From Selaginella moellendorffii (taxonomy: Eukaryota; Plantae; Lycopodiophyta), in contig NW_003314300.1 of assembly GCF_000143415.4 (NCBI RefSeq), positions 894,181 through 958,180 of the forward strand: a stretch of DNA of 64,000 nucleotides. The letters are read 5' to 3'. The translations under genes were made by a program, and so were the position numbers. Under the pieces are notes generated by a model that searched no databases, was not told where the DNA came from, and saw only the letters and a list, made by a program, of their open reading frames with translations. Position 1 is the stretch's first letter. The number at the start of each line of letters is the position of its first letter. This document shows, in pieces, positions 34,806 to 48,680 of the stretch.

Positions 34806-36851
34806 TTACCGGCCATTGAGACGATTACTGCTGTTGGTGTTGGCATTGATCTCACTGGAACTCGTCGTGTCCGAGCTCCAAAGCAACCCAGCCCGCCGCC
34901 TCTCCATCTCCATGCTGCTCATCCCTCCACTGCTCGACACCGAGGGATCACTCGTCGGCGGGCCACTGTGTTCGGAGCTCCCGTGTTCTTGGCTTCCAAA
35001 CACCACCTTTTGGAACCTTTTCATGTCCGAGGCGTATTGGTTGCTATTGTAGTCCGCACTCGTGAAGTTCGAGCTGTGGCCTGGCTTTACTCCTTGGTTG
35101 AGGTTGGAGATATCGCTTTTTAGAGCGGGGACAACCTGAAAGAAAAATGCAAGGAGTTTAGTGGTTGCTCGAGAAAACAAAAGATGCAAACAAACCTCTG
35201 CCATCCTTGGGCGTTCGCTGGCTGAGTGTCGAACGCAGGCTGCAGCTGCCTCGACCATTCGTAGCATCTCGTTCTCGTTGTAGTTTGCTAGTCTTTCGTC
35301 GACTATGCCGTCGAGGTCGCCATTCTCGATAGCCTGCATGAGGTATGGTCGAGCCTGAAACAGGCAATAAGTTTTAGCATGTCCAAGGTTGAGGTTTTGC
35401 AAAGATTCACCCATTCGACCAAGCTCTCTTTTCCCACAGGTTGCGTGGTATCTACAGGCCTCCTTCCCGTTAGAAGTTCCAATAGGACGACTCCGAAGGA
35501 GTACACGTCTGACTTCTCCGTCAGTTTTCCTGTGGAGGCGTACTCAGGCGCAAGGTACCTGGAAGTTTGAAAAATTCATATGGGAAACTGATATATTTGG
35601 TTGGTAATGTCCTTACCCGAAGGTTCCCATAACTCGAGTAGTGACGTGTGTGTAAGTGTCAGAAGCGAGCTTCGCAAGCCCAAAGTCAGAGACCTGTAAT
35701 GGACAAGCGTTACAATTGAAAGCAAGTGAGCAAATATGTAACAACAAACCTGAGCGTCAAAATTATTATCCAAAAGAATGTTAGACGACTTTATGTCCCG
35801 ATGAATGATTCGAGGATGGCCTGCAAGAACGAATGACTTTTAGATTAAGTTCCAACGGAGAGATAGAAATCTTACAGTCTTCATGAAGATATGCTAGTCC
35901 ACGAGCAGAACCAGAAGCTATTTTCAATCTCGTTGGCCAATCCATCACGGGTCTACCTTTACCTGAAAAAAACAAGAGAGAAAACGAGACTGAGAACAAG
36001 GAAAAACACGGACAAAAACTTGTACCGTGCAGGTGATGCTCCAGCGTTCCATTTGGCACGAAATCGTAAACCAGCAACCTCTGAGCATCCGCAATGCAGT
36101 ATCCAACCAGCGAAACCAGATGCCTGTGATGAACTCTGCTGATAATCTCAACCTCAGCTCGAAACTCACGCTCTCCTTGCCTGCTTCCAACTCTAAGCTG
36201 CTTCACAGCTACAACTTGACCACCATGGAGAAATCCCTTGTATACACATCCAAACCCACCCTCGCCGAGAAGATTGGCCCTGGAGAATCCAGCAGTCGCT
36301 GCCTCAAGTTCCTCGTAAGTGAACAACGACCTGGAGCTACCCATGCTCGGGCTCATACCGGGCGGTGGTGGTTGCCCCCAGGAATCCTGTCTTCCCGAAC
36401 TACTGTAGTGCGGTGGTGGCGGAGGAGGCTTGTGGTCATTGTGGTGGCGGAGGAGGCTTGTGGACCAAAGATGAAGAAAAGCACGCAAGCAAAAGAGAGA
36501 GGAAGAAACTTTACCAGCTTTGCATTGCCCTGATCCATACTCGTGGTCATGTCGTCTATACATCCTCTTGGACTTCCTTCGGAGGCAGTAAACCACCAGC
36601 GCGAGCACGATCAAGATCAAAATCCCGGCCGCGGCAATCCCCACAATCGCGCCAGCGGTAATCGAGCTACTGCCGCCGCCGCTGCTGTCGCTAGTGGGAG
36701 GAGGAGGAGCTCCACCGCCGGATGATCCATCGGCTCCGCCAGCGTCAGGGGGAGGAGCAGGTGGTCCATCGGCTCGGCCAGCGTCAGGGGGAGCTGGAGG
36801 TGATCCATCGGCTCCGCCAGCGTCAGGGGGAGGAAGAGGTGATCCATCCAT
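34806..36851 (-). CDS. PERK: Proline-rich extensin-like receptor kinase (PERK family), multi-exon
   Basis: Pro-rich N-terminus without signal peptide, [101 protein letters not shown]; short GT-AG introns; no disruption seen. Confidence 0.9.
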
Positions 36852-38566
36852 TGATGTGGTTGCTGTCGCTGTTCTTTGCGACCTAAAAATAGCCTGTTCT
36901 TTAGAATAAAGGCATGGTAGCGAAGGATAGTCTCCTTGAAATTTTCGTCGCGATATTTCGGTCACAGAACGATCGATCGATCGATCATCGCCCTACCTCT
37001 AGTCGCCTCTAGCCGTAGTGGCGACGAAGAGCTCCTCGGTCAGCACACGGCAGAATTGACTCCTTGTCAGATTGCCTGGGAAGCCATAATGCCGGGACCA
37101 AACCATGTCACGTCAGGACCAAAAACAAAATTTCTTACAAGCGCCATAGCAAGGCGGTACGGTGGCATTCTTGCACGTTGTACGAAGAGTTTGGGCCACA
37201 GTGGCCAAGGCCGTCACCATTTCGATTCCCATTATCAAACGGTGCTTGACTCATGTGTGCTTGACTCATGTGCTTGACTCAAACGAAGAATGAACACAAA
37301 CGTCGCAAGCGCGTGCGGAGAGGAGCGGAGATTTTTTATTCGGCATTGACTTTCTTCGAAATAAAAAGAAAAACAAGAAAAAAACCACGTCGATCATTCC
37401 ATGAATTTGTCTTTGTTCGTAATCTTCTTAGCATGGTCTAGGGGAGTTTCTGGCCCGTGGAGGAAAAACGCGTAGGCTACAGGCTTTCACGCAAAATTTA
37501 GAGAAAACAAAGCAAGAATCTTACATTTTCCAATGGCACCACGTTGAGCTGTTCTTCTTCTGTGAGTTTCGAGATTGGACGTAGTATTTCAAGCGACTTT
37601 CGTAACTTCAGCTCGTTTCGCTATCGCAGACTCTGAAAGGAATATAGAATATAAATAAGAAGAGTGCTCTTTGCATGCTTCTCCGAGAATCCTATTGGTG
37701 CATCGTTTATTTGTGGCTCCACATACCAGACATCGCAAACGACTACCCAGGACGACATCAGCTTCAGCTAAACGAAAAAAAAAACTGAAAGTCAATCGAG
37801 ATGAAAAGTATAAACTTAGCGTGGACAATTATCTTGTTTTACTTTCAGAGAAACGGGGCAGACAGTGAAATCCAGTTCGAATACAATCTGCAAAATCGAG
37901 CGCAAGGAAATAAGAACTGCCTGGAGAAATCATGAACCTGCTTGAACATCACAATGTCCTCCTTGTTCACGCAAGTCCCCTCTGCAAAAATGAGCAAAAT
38001 AGTGCTTTCCAGAACGCTTGCGTCCCTCCTGAAGCTTGGTTTTACTTTCCAGCTTGCTTTTCGTCTCAACTCCATTGCTATGCACAGCAATCCCCTGCGG
38101 ATGATCGATCGCAGCCTTCCACTGCTTTTCTCGATCAAGAAGTTTGGATCACATTGTCGCGCTGTCACATAAACCTGAGTTTATGTACCTGGAAAACACT
38201 CAAAAGAAAAGATTTATAGAAGACGATGAGCTCACCATCCCAAGGCGGATACGTTTGCATGATCATAGCAAAGGGAGTCATCCGTGAAGAGTGTTCTAAA
38301 AACTTTTATCATTGTGGAACCACATCAAATGTTCTGCATTAACGAAACTTTGCCAGCCTGAGAGTGCTCAGAGATTTCTGAGTTGGTTTTCCGCCAAACA
38401 AGCGCTACAGTTGCCCTGAGTGGGCAAGTGCCAGGTGAGAATATCTCACACGGCATTCGATTGAGAATCCCTCGCTGGGACGTAAAGCTGCAGCATTGAA
38501 GGGAGTTCAGTTCCCCTCGATTACAGACTCAGGCGAAACACCACCTCCGCAAAAGGAGTTCAGATT

Positions 38567-39664
38567 TTGTGCCTAAAAAAGAAATTGCCCTTGCCACGTA
38601 TAAAACGTACCAACCCTGAAAGGAACCCTATGGCAAAGAACCCTATGGCAAAGAGGAAGAGGAAAGAGTCTGAAAGGAACCCTATGGCAAAGAGGAAGAG
38701 GAAAGAGTCTGAAAGGAACCCTATGGCAAAGAGGAAGAGGAAAGAGTCTGAAAGGAACCCTATGAAAGAGTCAGACGAGGGCAAGGAAGTGGGAACTTCT
38801 CGGGCTGACAGGAAAGTGGGATCTTCTCGGGCTCACAGGGAAGTGGGATATTCTTGGGTCGACAGGGAATTGGGTTTCTTTAAATTCGAGATCACGCAAG
38901 TTAGGTCCTTCGAGGAATTCTTTGGTGAACCACCATGCACTGTCTTTGCAGAGGAAGTTCAAGAGTTTTTAGATCTGGATCTTATAGACGTTTACTTGAG
39001 CTCATCTAGTGCAGAGATCTCATTTAGGTCTCGTGTTGTAGAATTACTTGTGAAGGACATCATCTCTGCCAATAGAGCTCACCGGAGACGTGAGTCTTGT
39101 GCCATCGATGTGGGTAAGAGGTTGTTGGAGTTCTTAGATTATGACAGGAATGGCTCCTCTATAAGGACTAGGGTCACCATTCCACTGCAGATGTTAGACG
39201 GCCAAAAGGAAGTAAGTTCAGATTTGTGTGTGGAAGATGAAGTGACCATGGTAAAGATCATGGTAGCTACTGAAGACAAAACCTCTGATGAAGACATAAC
39301 CTCTGATCATCTTCAAGATAATCCTGAAGCTCAACTCATGGCAGAATCCATAGCTGCAATGCAAGATAATGAAAGGCTACATGAGCTCTATGACCTATGT
39401 GTACCACTGGAAGATATTGTATTTCCTGGAATCGTTTTTGTGGGAACTCTTCCTTGGTTTTATCTCATCAGCATGAGAAAAACTTTGGCTGATTGCGTCA
39501 AAGAAGGTAAAAGGCCTACATTTATCACTAAGGTGAAGAAATTCCGTTCCAAAAAGTTTCTCTGTGCCGACCCTTCAGATGCATTGTTTCTTAAGGATTC
39601 TAGACGTTTCATCATACAATCCCTTATTTCTTTTAAAAAGTTTCTTGGACAATATAAAATATAA
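38567..39664 (+). CDS. Intronless PD-(D/E)XK restriction-endonuclease-fold-like protein (start codon uncertain)
   Basis: 365-aa ORF with ES..DV..RLLEFLDY, SDLC...TEDK, NPEAQLMAESIAA, PGIVFVGTLPWFY; family recognised from memory. Confidence 0.55.
   Translation: MCLKKKLPLPRIKRTNPERNPMAKNPMAKRKRKESERNPMAKRKRKESERNPMAKRKRKESERNPMKESDEGKEVGTSRADRKVGSSRAHREVGYSWVDRELGFFKFEITQVRSFEEFFGEPPCTVFAEEVQEFLDLDLIDVYLSSSSAEISFRSRVVELLVKDIISANRAHRRRESCAIDVGKRLLEFLDYDRNGSSIRTRVTIPLQMLDGQKEVSSDLCVEDEVTMVKIMVATEDKTSDEDITSDHLQDNPEAQLMAESIAAMQDNERLHELYDLCVPLEDIVFPGIVFVGTLPWFYLISMRKTLADCVKEGKRPTFITKVKKFRSKKFLCADPSDALFLKDSRRFIIQSLISFKKFLGQYKI
38609..38765 (+). repeat. 39-bp coding tandem repeat (ERNPMAKRKRKES)
   Basis: About three copies visible in DNA and protein; basic, NLS-like. 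Confidence 0.85.
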
Positions 39665-39724
39665 ATTTTTAATAATATTTTTTATTTTAATATTTTTTAT
39701 TTATTAATTTAATTAATCAGATGG

Positions 39725-42700
39725 TGTGAGAGCCAAGTGTATGGCTACGATGCCGTATACTAATATTAGCGTAGTGGGATTTTGGTAGCCATCGGATTGC
39801 TTTTAATCCGGACCACTTACTCCTGTATATAAGCTATGGTTTTTGGGATAATTGATATGCACATTTCTGTATTCCCTTTCCATATTCCATGCACTCACAT
39901 TGGTGGAGGTGAGGGGCACTTTTGATTGTCCCTGGGGAGTGCTTGGATTTGGGATTTTGGTTTGGATCTAGCTTTTGCATCGTCTAGATCTAGCTTTTTC
40001 CATTTCTTCAGGATTTTGGTTTAGATCTAGCTTTTTGCATTGTCTAAATCTACCATTTCCTTCCAGCTTTTTGTCATTTATCTTCTTTTGCTCTTTCTTT
40101 GTTCGTCTTCATGGCAGATCAGCAATCTCCTCCTTTGACTTTAGAGCAGCAGTTGGTACAATTGCTTGATGCTAATTGAAAAACCAAACTCAGTTGATGG
40201 TGGCGTTCACGGCACGTGGTACAACTCCTCCTACTCTTGGTGCCAATCTTTGCGTTCGGCTAGAGTTCTTTCGTGGGAATCTTGGGGATGATGTGTACCA
40301 TTAGTTCGATCACTTCATGGTGATTGCCACATATCATTCTTGGGATGATGCTCGACGTTTGCGTAAGTTTCCCACGTGTCTTCAAGGGACAGCATTGCAG
40401 TGGTACAATGGTTTGAGCGCAACCACTTGTGGGGATTGGAGTGTTCTCCCGGACGTCTTCAAACGTGCCTTCGGACATGCCAACGACTATGACGATGCCT
40501 TCCAACAATTGCATTGTTTTTGCCAAGGGCCATTTGAGTTGGTGATGCAATTTGGTGTTCGTTTCTGAAGTCTTTTGCTTCGTGTGGAGCCAAATATGTC
40601 GAAACGGATCAAGCTAGGAATGTTGTGACCAGCACTTCGTCAAAATCTTGTTGGACTTGTGCATGCACTTGCTCCTGCCACCCTTGATGATGCTCTTTGC
40701 TTGGCATAACGTTATGAGACATCACCTCTTCCACTTCTCGCTGCACGTCCTTTAGCTCCACTTTTTGTGAGTGATGGTCATGTTCCAATGGAGGTTGATG
40801 CTACTGCTGCTCGAGTCCAAGGCCAAGGGCGAGGATGTGGTCGTGGCCGTGATGTTCGCTGCTGGGCATGTGATGAAGTTGGTCATACTTATCGGCGTTG
40901 TCGGCATTTTCCGGATTGGCAACCTCCATTTCCTGGGTGGAGACCTTGGCGTCAGCAACGTCCCGTTGGTGCTGCTGCAGTGGAAGGTTTGGACACCGAG
41001 ATGCATCCGGGAAACGAGGAGTCACGTGAGTAACAGAGGGACCTTGCGCAAATAAATCAGTGACCCGTCCATCTTTCTTTCAGGAGTATCATCAAGGGGT
41101 TCACTCGGCACTAGTTCATCCAGTGTTTACTTTCCAAGCTCATCTTTATAACAAGAGGTCTCCTATTATTCTCTTTGTGTTAGTTGATACAGGTTTGAGT
41201 TTATCTTCTATTGCTCGACCTGTTGCCACACGTTGTCGTCTACACTTGCGTCGTGCAGCGGAACCAGTTTTCATTCTTTATGGCAATGGCCGTACACATA
41301 TATGTGCACGGGATGAGGTAGACCTGGTTGTCACGTGTGGGTGATCTCGAGCTTGAATTGCAGTTGTTGCGGGTGGTGCCAAGTCAAGCTTTTGACCTCA
41401 TTCTTGGTATGGATTGGTTGCAGCGCAATCATGCCAAATGTGACTTTGAGGCTTCTTCCCCTTATCTCATACTTTCTTATGTTTCATCCATTCCTCTCAC
41501 TTTTGTACCTCTTCGTCCCTCTACTTCTACCTCTGCTTCCATTACTTTTGTTCCCCCACTTTTTCCTCTTGTGTTTCCATCTTATTCTGCTCTTCCCTTT
41601 TCCGATCCCTCCGACGATCTTTGTGTTGCAGTAGTTGACCGGCTCATGAAGGAATATTCTGATCTCTTTGACTTTGACCTATCGTCTGGAGCCAAGATTG
41701 CCACACATCATCTGATTCCAACTGGGGATGCTCATCCAATCAAGGTTCTTGTTCGTCGTCGGTCACCAAAGGAGATCAAGATTTTACTTGCAAATGTCAA
41801 GGAGATGTTGGAGAAGGGTGTTATTCGAAAGTCGCAGAGTCCTTGGGCATGTGAACCTCATCTTGTGACAAAGCATGATGGGTGTATTTGTTTCTGCATC
41901 AACTATCGTCCGTTAAACGACGTAACGATCCCAGATGTGTACCCTCTTCCTCACACTGCTGATCTCTTGGATCGTCTGGGGCGAAGTCGTTGGTTCACCA
42001 AGTTAGATCTTGTTTCTGGGTACTGACAAGTACCGATGGTCGAAGAAGATATTCCTAAGACTGCTTTTAGTACACCATTTGGTTTGTACGAGTTCTTGGT
42101 CATGCCATTTGGTTTGAACAATGCTCTAGCAACTTTTCAACAGATGATGGACGAGGTTCTTTACGATATGCTAGAGGTGACTGCTGACTTCATTGATGAT
42201 GTCTTGATCCACTCGGAGGGGATGTGGGAGGAGCACATTCGTGATGTTTGTAAAGTGTTGAATCGGCTACGTGACGTTAGTTTAAAGTTGAAGCGGTCGA
42301 AGTGTGTGTTTGGATCCAAGGACACAACTTATTTTGGGTATCATATCTCTCGTGAGAATTTGCAAGTTGATCCTGACAAACTTGTGGCTGTTCTAAAGTT
42401 CCCTACTCTGAAGTGTGTGAATAATGTGCAGCGCTTCTTGGGCAAGGTGCAGTATCTTGAGCGTTTTGTGGATCATCTTTCTGATCGCACTGTACTATTG
42501 CGAGCGTTGCTGAAGTCATCAACGTCATCTTTCATCTGGCCTCCGGATTGTGAGCGAACGTTCGGGGATCTCAAAGAGTTATTGACAACTCCTCCGGTTT
42601 TGGCATATCCTGACTACACTCGACCTTTTATTTTGCGCGTGGATGCTTCTGACATTAGTCTTAGAGGTGTGTTAATGCAAAAGAGCTCGAGTGTGCTTGG

Positions 42701-44702
42701 TCAGCGCCATCCCATTGCATATATAAGCCATACATTACAACCAGCGGAGATGAACTACTCCACGACAGAGAAGGAGTGTTTAGTAGCAGTCTGGGGTTTC
42801 GAGAAACTTCATGTATATCTACATGGTTCTTGGACGTTACTTGAAGGTGACCATACTGCTATTACTTCATTATTAAAGCGAAAGAACCTAGTTGGTCGTA
42901 CTGCTCGGTGGGCTTTGAAGCTTCAGATATATGATTTTGATGTTGTTCATCGCCTAGGGAGTTCTATAACTGATACTGATGCCCTTTCTCGAGCTCCTCT
43001 TTCTTCTTCACTCTCTTCTCATGTTTCTGACGAGCTTGTTGTTCCAGCATCTGTGGATTTTTTAGACAAGGATTCTGTACCGTCAGCAGTTGTTGTACTT
43101 GACGTTCAGTGTTCACAAGGTGCAAAGCAAGATCTACCTTCGCTTGATGAGGTTCGCATGGCTCAAAAGATTGAGCCATGGATTCGAAGGCTTCGAGATG
43201 GGTTTGAGAATCCTACATCACTTGCTGATGACTTGCCTTTCCGGCATTTACATTCTCAATATTGTCTTGAAGATGGCCTTCTTTATTTTGTGGGGATAGA
43301 TCCTGATGATCATTTACGGCTAGTGGTGCCTTCTATCTTTATTCCGCGATTTTTCCATGCCTACCATGATTCTCCTATTCTAGGTGGGCATATGGGACAT
43401 TGTTGTTTATAATTGAAAAGCTACGCAGGTCTTTCTATTGGCTGGAGATGCGATGTAATATTATCTGGTATGTGCGTAATTGCGTTTGGTGCCAAGCTCG
43501 TAATACTCCCCCTTGGGCTACGGAAGGACGATTGGAGTCAATTGCAGTTTCCATCCGTTTGAGTTGGTGGCGTTTGATCTTATGGGACCTTTTCCACGGT
43601 CGACTGCTGGCAATGAGTATGTTATTATTACTTCTGACTATTTGACTTGTTGGGTGGAAGTTGGTGCTCTTGCTAGCGCCTTTGCAACTGCTGTTGAATA
43701 CTTCCTCCTCAATCGAGTGGTGTTTCAGCATTCTTGTCCAGAGCGGATTCTTTCGGATAATGGTCCCGCACTTATGGTTAAGGCATTTCATGTTTTGACG
43801 TCTCGGTTGAGGATTCACCACACTTTCATGAGTGCTTATCATCCACAATTAGATGGTTTGGTGGAATGGCTCGTTTGGACGTTCAAGGGGATGTTTGCGA
43901 AGTATGTGAACTTTCAGCATTCGGATTGGGATGGTTATTTGCCGTCTCTTTGGCATGCATATATCACTGGGGTGCAAAGTTCTATTGGTGCTTCACCATA
44001 TAAACTCCTATATGGTCATGATCCAATATTACCAACGGAGCTAGGTTTACCTTCGCGATTGCCACAAACTACGGATGCTAGGTCATGGGATCAATATTTG
44101 ACAAGCATTCTTCCACTTGTCCGAGCGGAGTTTGCCGAACACTTCGCGTACAAGTGGGATAACAACGGTGTTACAACTCCCATCATCACCCACCTGCAAA
44201 GTACAAAGTGGATGATTTGGTGTTAGTCCATTTTCCCCATCTTACGGTACGTGGTTTATCTAAGGGTCTCTTTGCACAGTGGAAAGGACCGTATCAGGTG
44301 TTGCAGCAAGTTGGACCACAAGTTTATGAGGTTCGGCATGATGTCTAGCAGGCCGATCCTCCAGAGATTGTGTATGTGCAGCGGTTGAAACGCTTCATAC
44401 AAAGGGATCAGGAGTGGTTAATACCATCTACAGATCCACCGATGCCTCCTCCTGATGTTCCTCCAGATCCCGGCCCGTCTACAAGAGAACCCTGATGGTC
44501 TTCCATTATTCCGAGAGGAGGGGATGATGTGAGGGCCAAGTGTACAGCTACGATGCCATATACTAATATTAGCGTAGTGGGATTTTGGTAGCCATCAGAT
44601 TGGTTTCAATCCGGACCACTCGCTCCTATATATAAGCTAGGGTTTTTGGGCTAATTAATATGCACATTTTTGTATTCCCTTTCCATATTCCATGCACTCA
44701 CA
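39725..44702 (+). mobile_element. Complete but inactive Ty3/gypsy LTR retrotransposon, no chromodomain seen
   Basis: 175-bp LTRs 39725-39899 and 44528-44702 (about 14 mismatches by eye); 4-bp TSD ATGG; PBS TGGTGGAGGTGAGGGG (tRNA-Ala-like); PPT GAGAGGAGGGGATGA. Confidence 0.93.
40110..44430 (+). pseudogene. gag-pol with multiple stops and frameshifts
   Basis: CWACDEVGHTYRRC, LVDTG, DLILGMDWL, VMPFGL, FIDDVLI, VDASD, YHD..LGGHMG, DLMGPF, ILSDNG, YHPQLDG. Confidence 0.9.
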
Positions 44703-45289
44703 ATGGAAGTTTATTATTATAAATATGTTTATAATTTTTATGTGTTGTATGTAGCAATGCTTGGTTTGCTTAATAGTAATGTTATACTTACTTATTAATC
44801 CAATTGATCAAATAAAAGTTTATAATTTATAAACACAAGATTAATCTTATTGCAAGATGGTAGAATAAAAAGAATATACTAGAAAGTGTTTAAGCAAGTT
44901 TATAATTTATAAACATATTTATAAATTATAAATAAAAAATTAATCTAAATGAATAACAACTGTTAGATGGTAGAATATTTTTAGGTATATCAATTACCTT
45001 GCTTAAGCAAACCAAAAATAAATAAATCCCATTTGATGGTAGAATAAACTAGAATATACTAAGAAATCTTTGAGAAAATATATAAATTATAAACATATTT
45101 TATGTATATCCACTCACTCCCCTTACAGATTTGCTTAAGCAAACAAAAAATGTTGGCAATAATTAGTATGTGGAAACTATAGTTAGTTTAACTAATAAAT
45201 ACTTTTTATACCTGGCACTAAAGAGAGATGAGTTGCCCAGCTTTTTAGGCCATTAAATCCAAATGATTACTCTGATTTCTTGAACTATG

Positions 45290-48200
45290 CCTTATTGAAA
45301 TATTTTGATAAGGTTTTGTTTTGGCCAATGATTGTTGTATTATGAGAAATTTAACATATGTGACATGCAGATTTGGAAAGAATCACAATGGCACTTTTTG
45401 CTTCCTCAATCTTAATTCCACTCCCACTAAACAGGGCCACTCCCTTAATTCTTGATGGCTTGGAGTGAAGGTTAAAGTTCTTGATTTAGGCATGGGGATT
45501 CATGCAAGATTGATGGTGCTCCATGGATTTGCACACAAAGTTGTGAATTAAAATTTAAATTTGACCATACAAAAATGCATTAAGGAACAGGCTTGTGAAG
45601 AGTGCTAAACAAAGTTAGTGATCAGATTCCAAAGGTCTCCATATGAACTTAAGGTCAATGTTTGAACTAGGAATTTCTTGGTAGTGGGACAGTAAACAAG
45701 ATTGTTAGCTCTAGCTAAAATATTTTCCAGTCTTAAGTGAGCTGGGCATGTTGCTATTACACTTGCTTTTGCCATTTGCCTCCATGAATAACCACACCAT
45801 GTTTTCTACTTGCTGCCTCAGGTTGAGCTGCTATGACACAGGTTCTTAAGCTTAATATCAGCACTTCATGGCAAGAGAAAGAGTCCCAAGCATATATATG
45901 CTTTCAACTCTTGACTAAACTCATAGTCTATAATTTATTTGCTCCAGCTCGAACTTAGTATCCAATTTGTAATTTATCAGAATGTGAACATATAATTGAT
46001 TGTAAAAGTCATTAGATCATTCATAGTCATCTTACAGCTTTGATTTGGAAGGATATTGGGGCAAAGCAAGCTGCTTGGTATGGACAATAGTGAGGTGTTG
46101 CAAATGGTGACAATCTAAGTTGTGAGGATATCATGATGTGTTTTATAGTTTTAAAGGCATTTCCTCTAAACTTAATACTTGCTATATGCAGATCCTGAAC
46201 ATCACAATTAGTGCTAGAAAAGTTGCGTGGATTTGGATGCTACCCTCAAAGTGGACCTTGAGCTTCAAGGCCTTGAGCCACTGAACAAAGGACAGAGCTA
46301 AACACTTAAGCATATAGCGAAAGAGTAAAGGAATTGGAACACACAAAACATAATCAAATGGAGTCTAGTGTTATTTCAGTATATTAGTGGATTAATGCAA
46401 ATATATAAATACTCCACAAAATAGCATAGTATGGATATTAAACTTAAACCCAAGACAAATGTAAAACAAAGACATGTATACAAGTGAAAGTTAAACTATA
46501 TTTTAGATTAGTTGGCCATACTTGACTTACACACTATCCCTATTATATGGGACAATCATAAAACTTATTAACTATGAAATGATGTTAGATTGTGAATTTA
46601 GATGCAGAAACAACATGTCAAACATAAATCTCTAAGACCAAAAGTAGAGCCAAAAGTATGCCATAAAGTCAAGAGCAAAAGTGGAAATCCTAATGAAGTA
46701 GGAACAAGTATGAAGAGATCAATGAATGATCACTTTAACTTTCGTAACTTTAGCTCATTTTGCTATTGCAGACTCTAAAAGGAATATAAATATAAAGTTA
46801 TGTGCTCTTTGCATGCTTCTCCAAGAATCCTATTGGTGCATCGTTTGTTTGTGGCTCTGCATACTAGACATTGCAAACAAATACCCAGGATGTCATCAGC
46901 CTCAGCTAAACGGAAAAAAAAAACTTAAAGTCAATCGAGATGAAAAGTATAGACTTCGCGTGGACAATTATCTTGTGGGGCAGACAGTGAAATCCAGTTC
47001 GAATGCAATCTGCCAAATCAAGCGCAAGGAAATAAAAACTGCCTGGAGAAACTACGAAACCAAGAACCTGCTTGAACATCACATTGTCTTCCTTGTTCTG
47101 CAAAAATGAGCAAAATAGTGTCTTCCAGATCGCTTGCATCCCTTCTGAAGCTTGGTTTTACTTTCCAGCTTGCTTTTCGTCTCAACTCCATTGCTACGCA
47201 CAGCAATCCCCTGCGGATGATCGATCACAGCCTTCCACTGCTTTTCTCGATCAAGAAGTTTGTCGCGCTCTCACATAAACCTGAGCTTATGTACCTGGAA
47301 AACACTCAAAAGAAAATATTTATAGAAGATGGTTAGCTCACCATCCCAAGCCGGATACTTTTGCATGATCATAGCAAAGGAGTCATCTGTGAAGAGTGTT
47401 CTAAAAACTTTTATCATTGGGCATTAACGCCAAATTCCCTATAGAGGTAATCAAGAAACTCCAACAATTTTTGAAAGATATCCATCGCGGAAGAAACCCT
47501 GCCGGCCTGAGAGTGCTCAGAGATTTCTGAGTTGGTTGTTTCCGCCAAACAAGCATCTGGCGCGCTACAGTTGCCCTGAGTGGGCAAGTGCCCAGGTGAG
47601 AATATCCCACACGGCATTCGATTGAGAATCCCTCGCTGGGACGTAAACCAAGGAAACGATGTCCCGCTGCAGCATTGAAGGGAGTTCAGTTCCCCTCGAT
47701 CAGACAAGTTCACCAGCACAATGAGTTCCTAGCAAAAAGAACTCCATCTTCGCTAGTGACAGACCACGAAACACCGTACCTCGGCAAAAGGAGTTCAGAT
47801 TACTGGAGTGGATTGTGCCTATAACAGAAATTTGCTCAAACCCTGAAAGGAACCCGGAAAAGAAAAGAGTCAGACCCTGTGGCAAGGACGAAAAGGAAAG
47901 AGTCAGGCAAGGGCAAGGAAGTGGGATCTTCTCGGATTCGAGATCACGGAAGTTAGGTCCTTCGAGGAATTCATTGGTGAACCAGATCCAGATCTAAAAA
48001 CTCTGCAAAGACAGTGCATGGTTATAGACGTTTACCTAAGCTTATCTACTGAGATCTCATTTAGGTCTCGTGTTGTAGAATTACTTGTGAAGGACATCAT
48101 CTCTGCCACTAGAGCTCACCAGAGACGTGAGTCTTGTGCCATCCATGTGGGTAGAGGTTGTTGGAGTTCTTAGGTTATGACAGTAATGGTTCCTCTATAA

Positions 48201-48680
48201 GGACTAGAGTCACCATTCCACTGCAGATGTTAGACAGCTAAAAGGAAGTAAGTTCAGATTTGTGTGTGGAAGATGAAGTGACATGGTAGCTACTGAAGAC
48301 AAAACCTCTGATCATCTTCAACTCAGAAGTCATAATCCTCAAGCTCAACTCATGGCAGAATCCATAGCTGCAATACAAGATAATGAAAGGCTACATGAGC
48401 TCTATGACCTGGGACGTGTACCACTGGAAGATATTGTATTTCCTGGAGGAACTCTTCCTTGGTTTTATCTCATCAGCATGACAAAAACTTTGGCTGATTG
48501 CGTCAAAGAAGGTAAAAAGCCTACATTTATCACTAAGGTGAAAAAATTCCGTTCCAAAAAGTTTCTCTGTGCCGACCCTTTAGATGCATTGTTTGATAGA
48601 TGTTTCCCTTATTTATTTTAAAAAGTTTCTTGTACAATATGAAATATAGACTTTAATAATAATTTGTTGATTTAATAATT
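45290..48680. repeat. Segmental duplicate of 30845-34092 plus 38350-39680
   Basis: Collinear sequence similarity visible throughout. Confidence 0.85.
47830..48650 (+). pseudogene. Pseudogenised copy of the 38567-39664 gene
   Basis: Near-identical MVATEDKTSDHLQ..NPQAQLMAESIAA..; frameshifts, stop and a small internal inversion. Confidence 0.85.
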
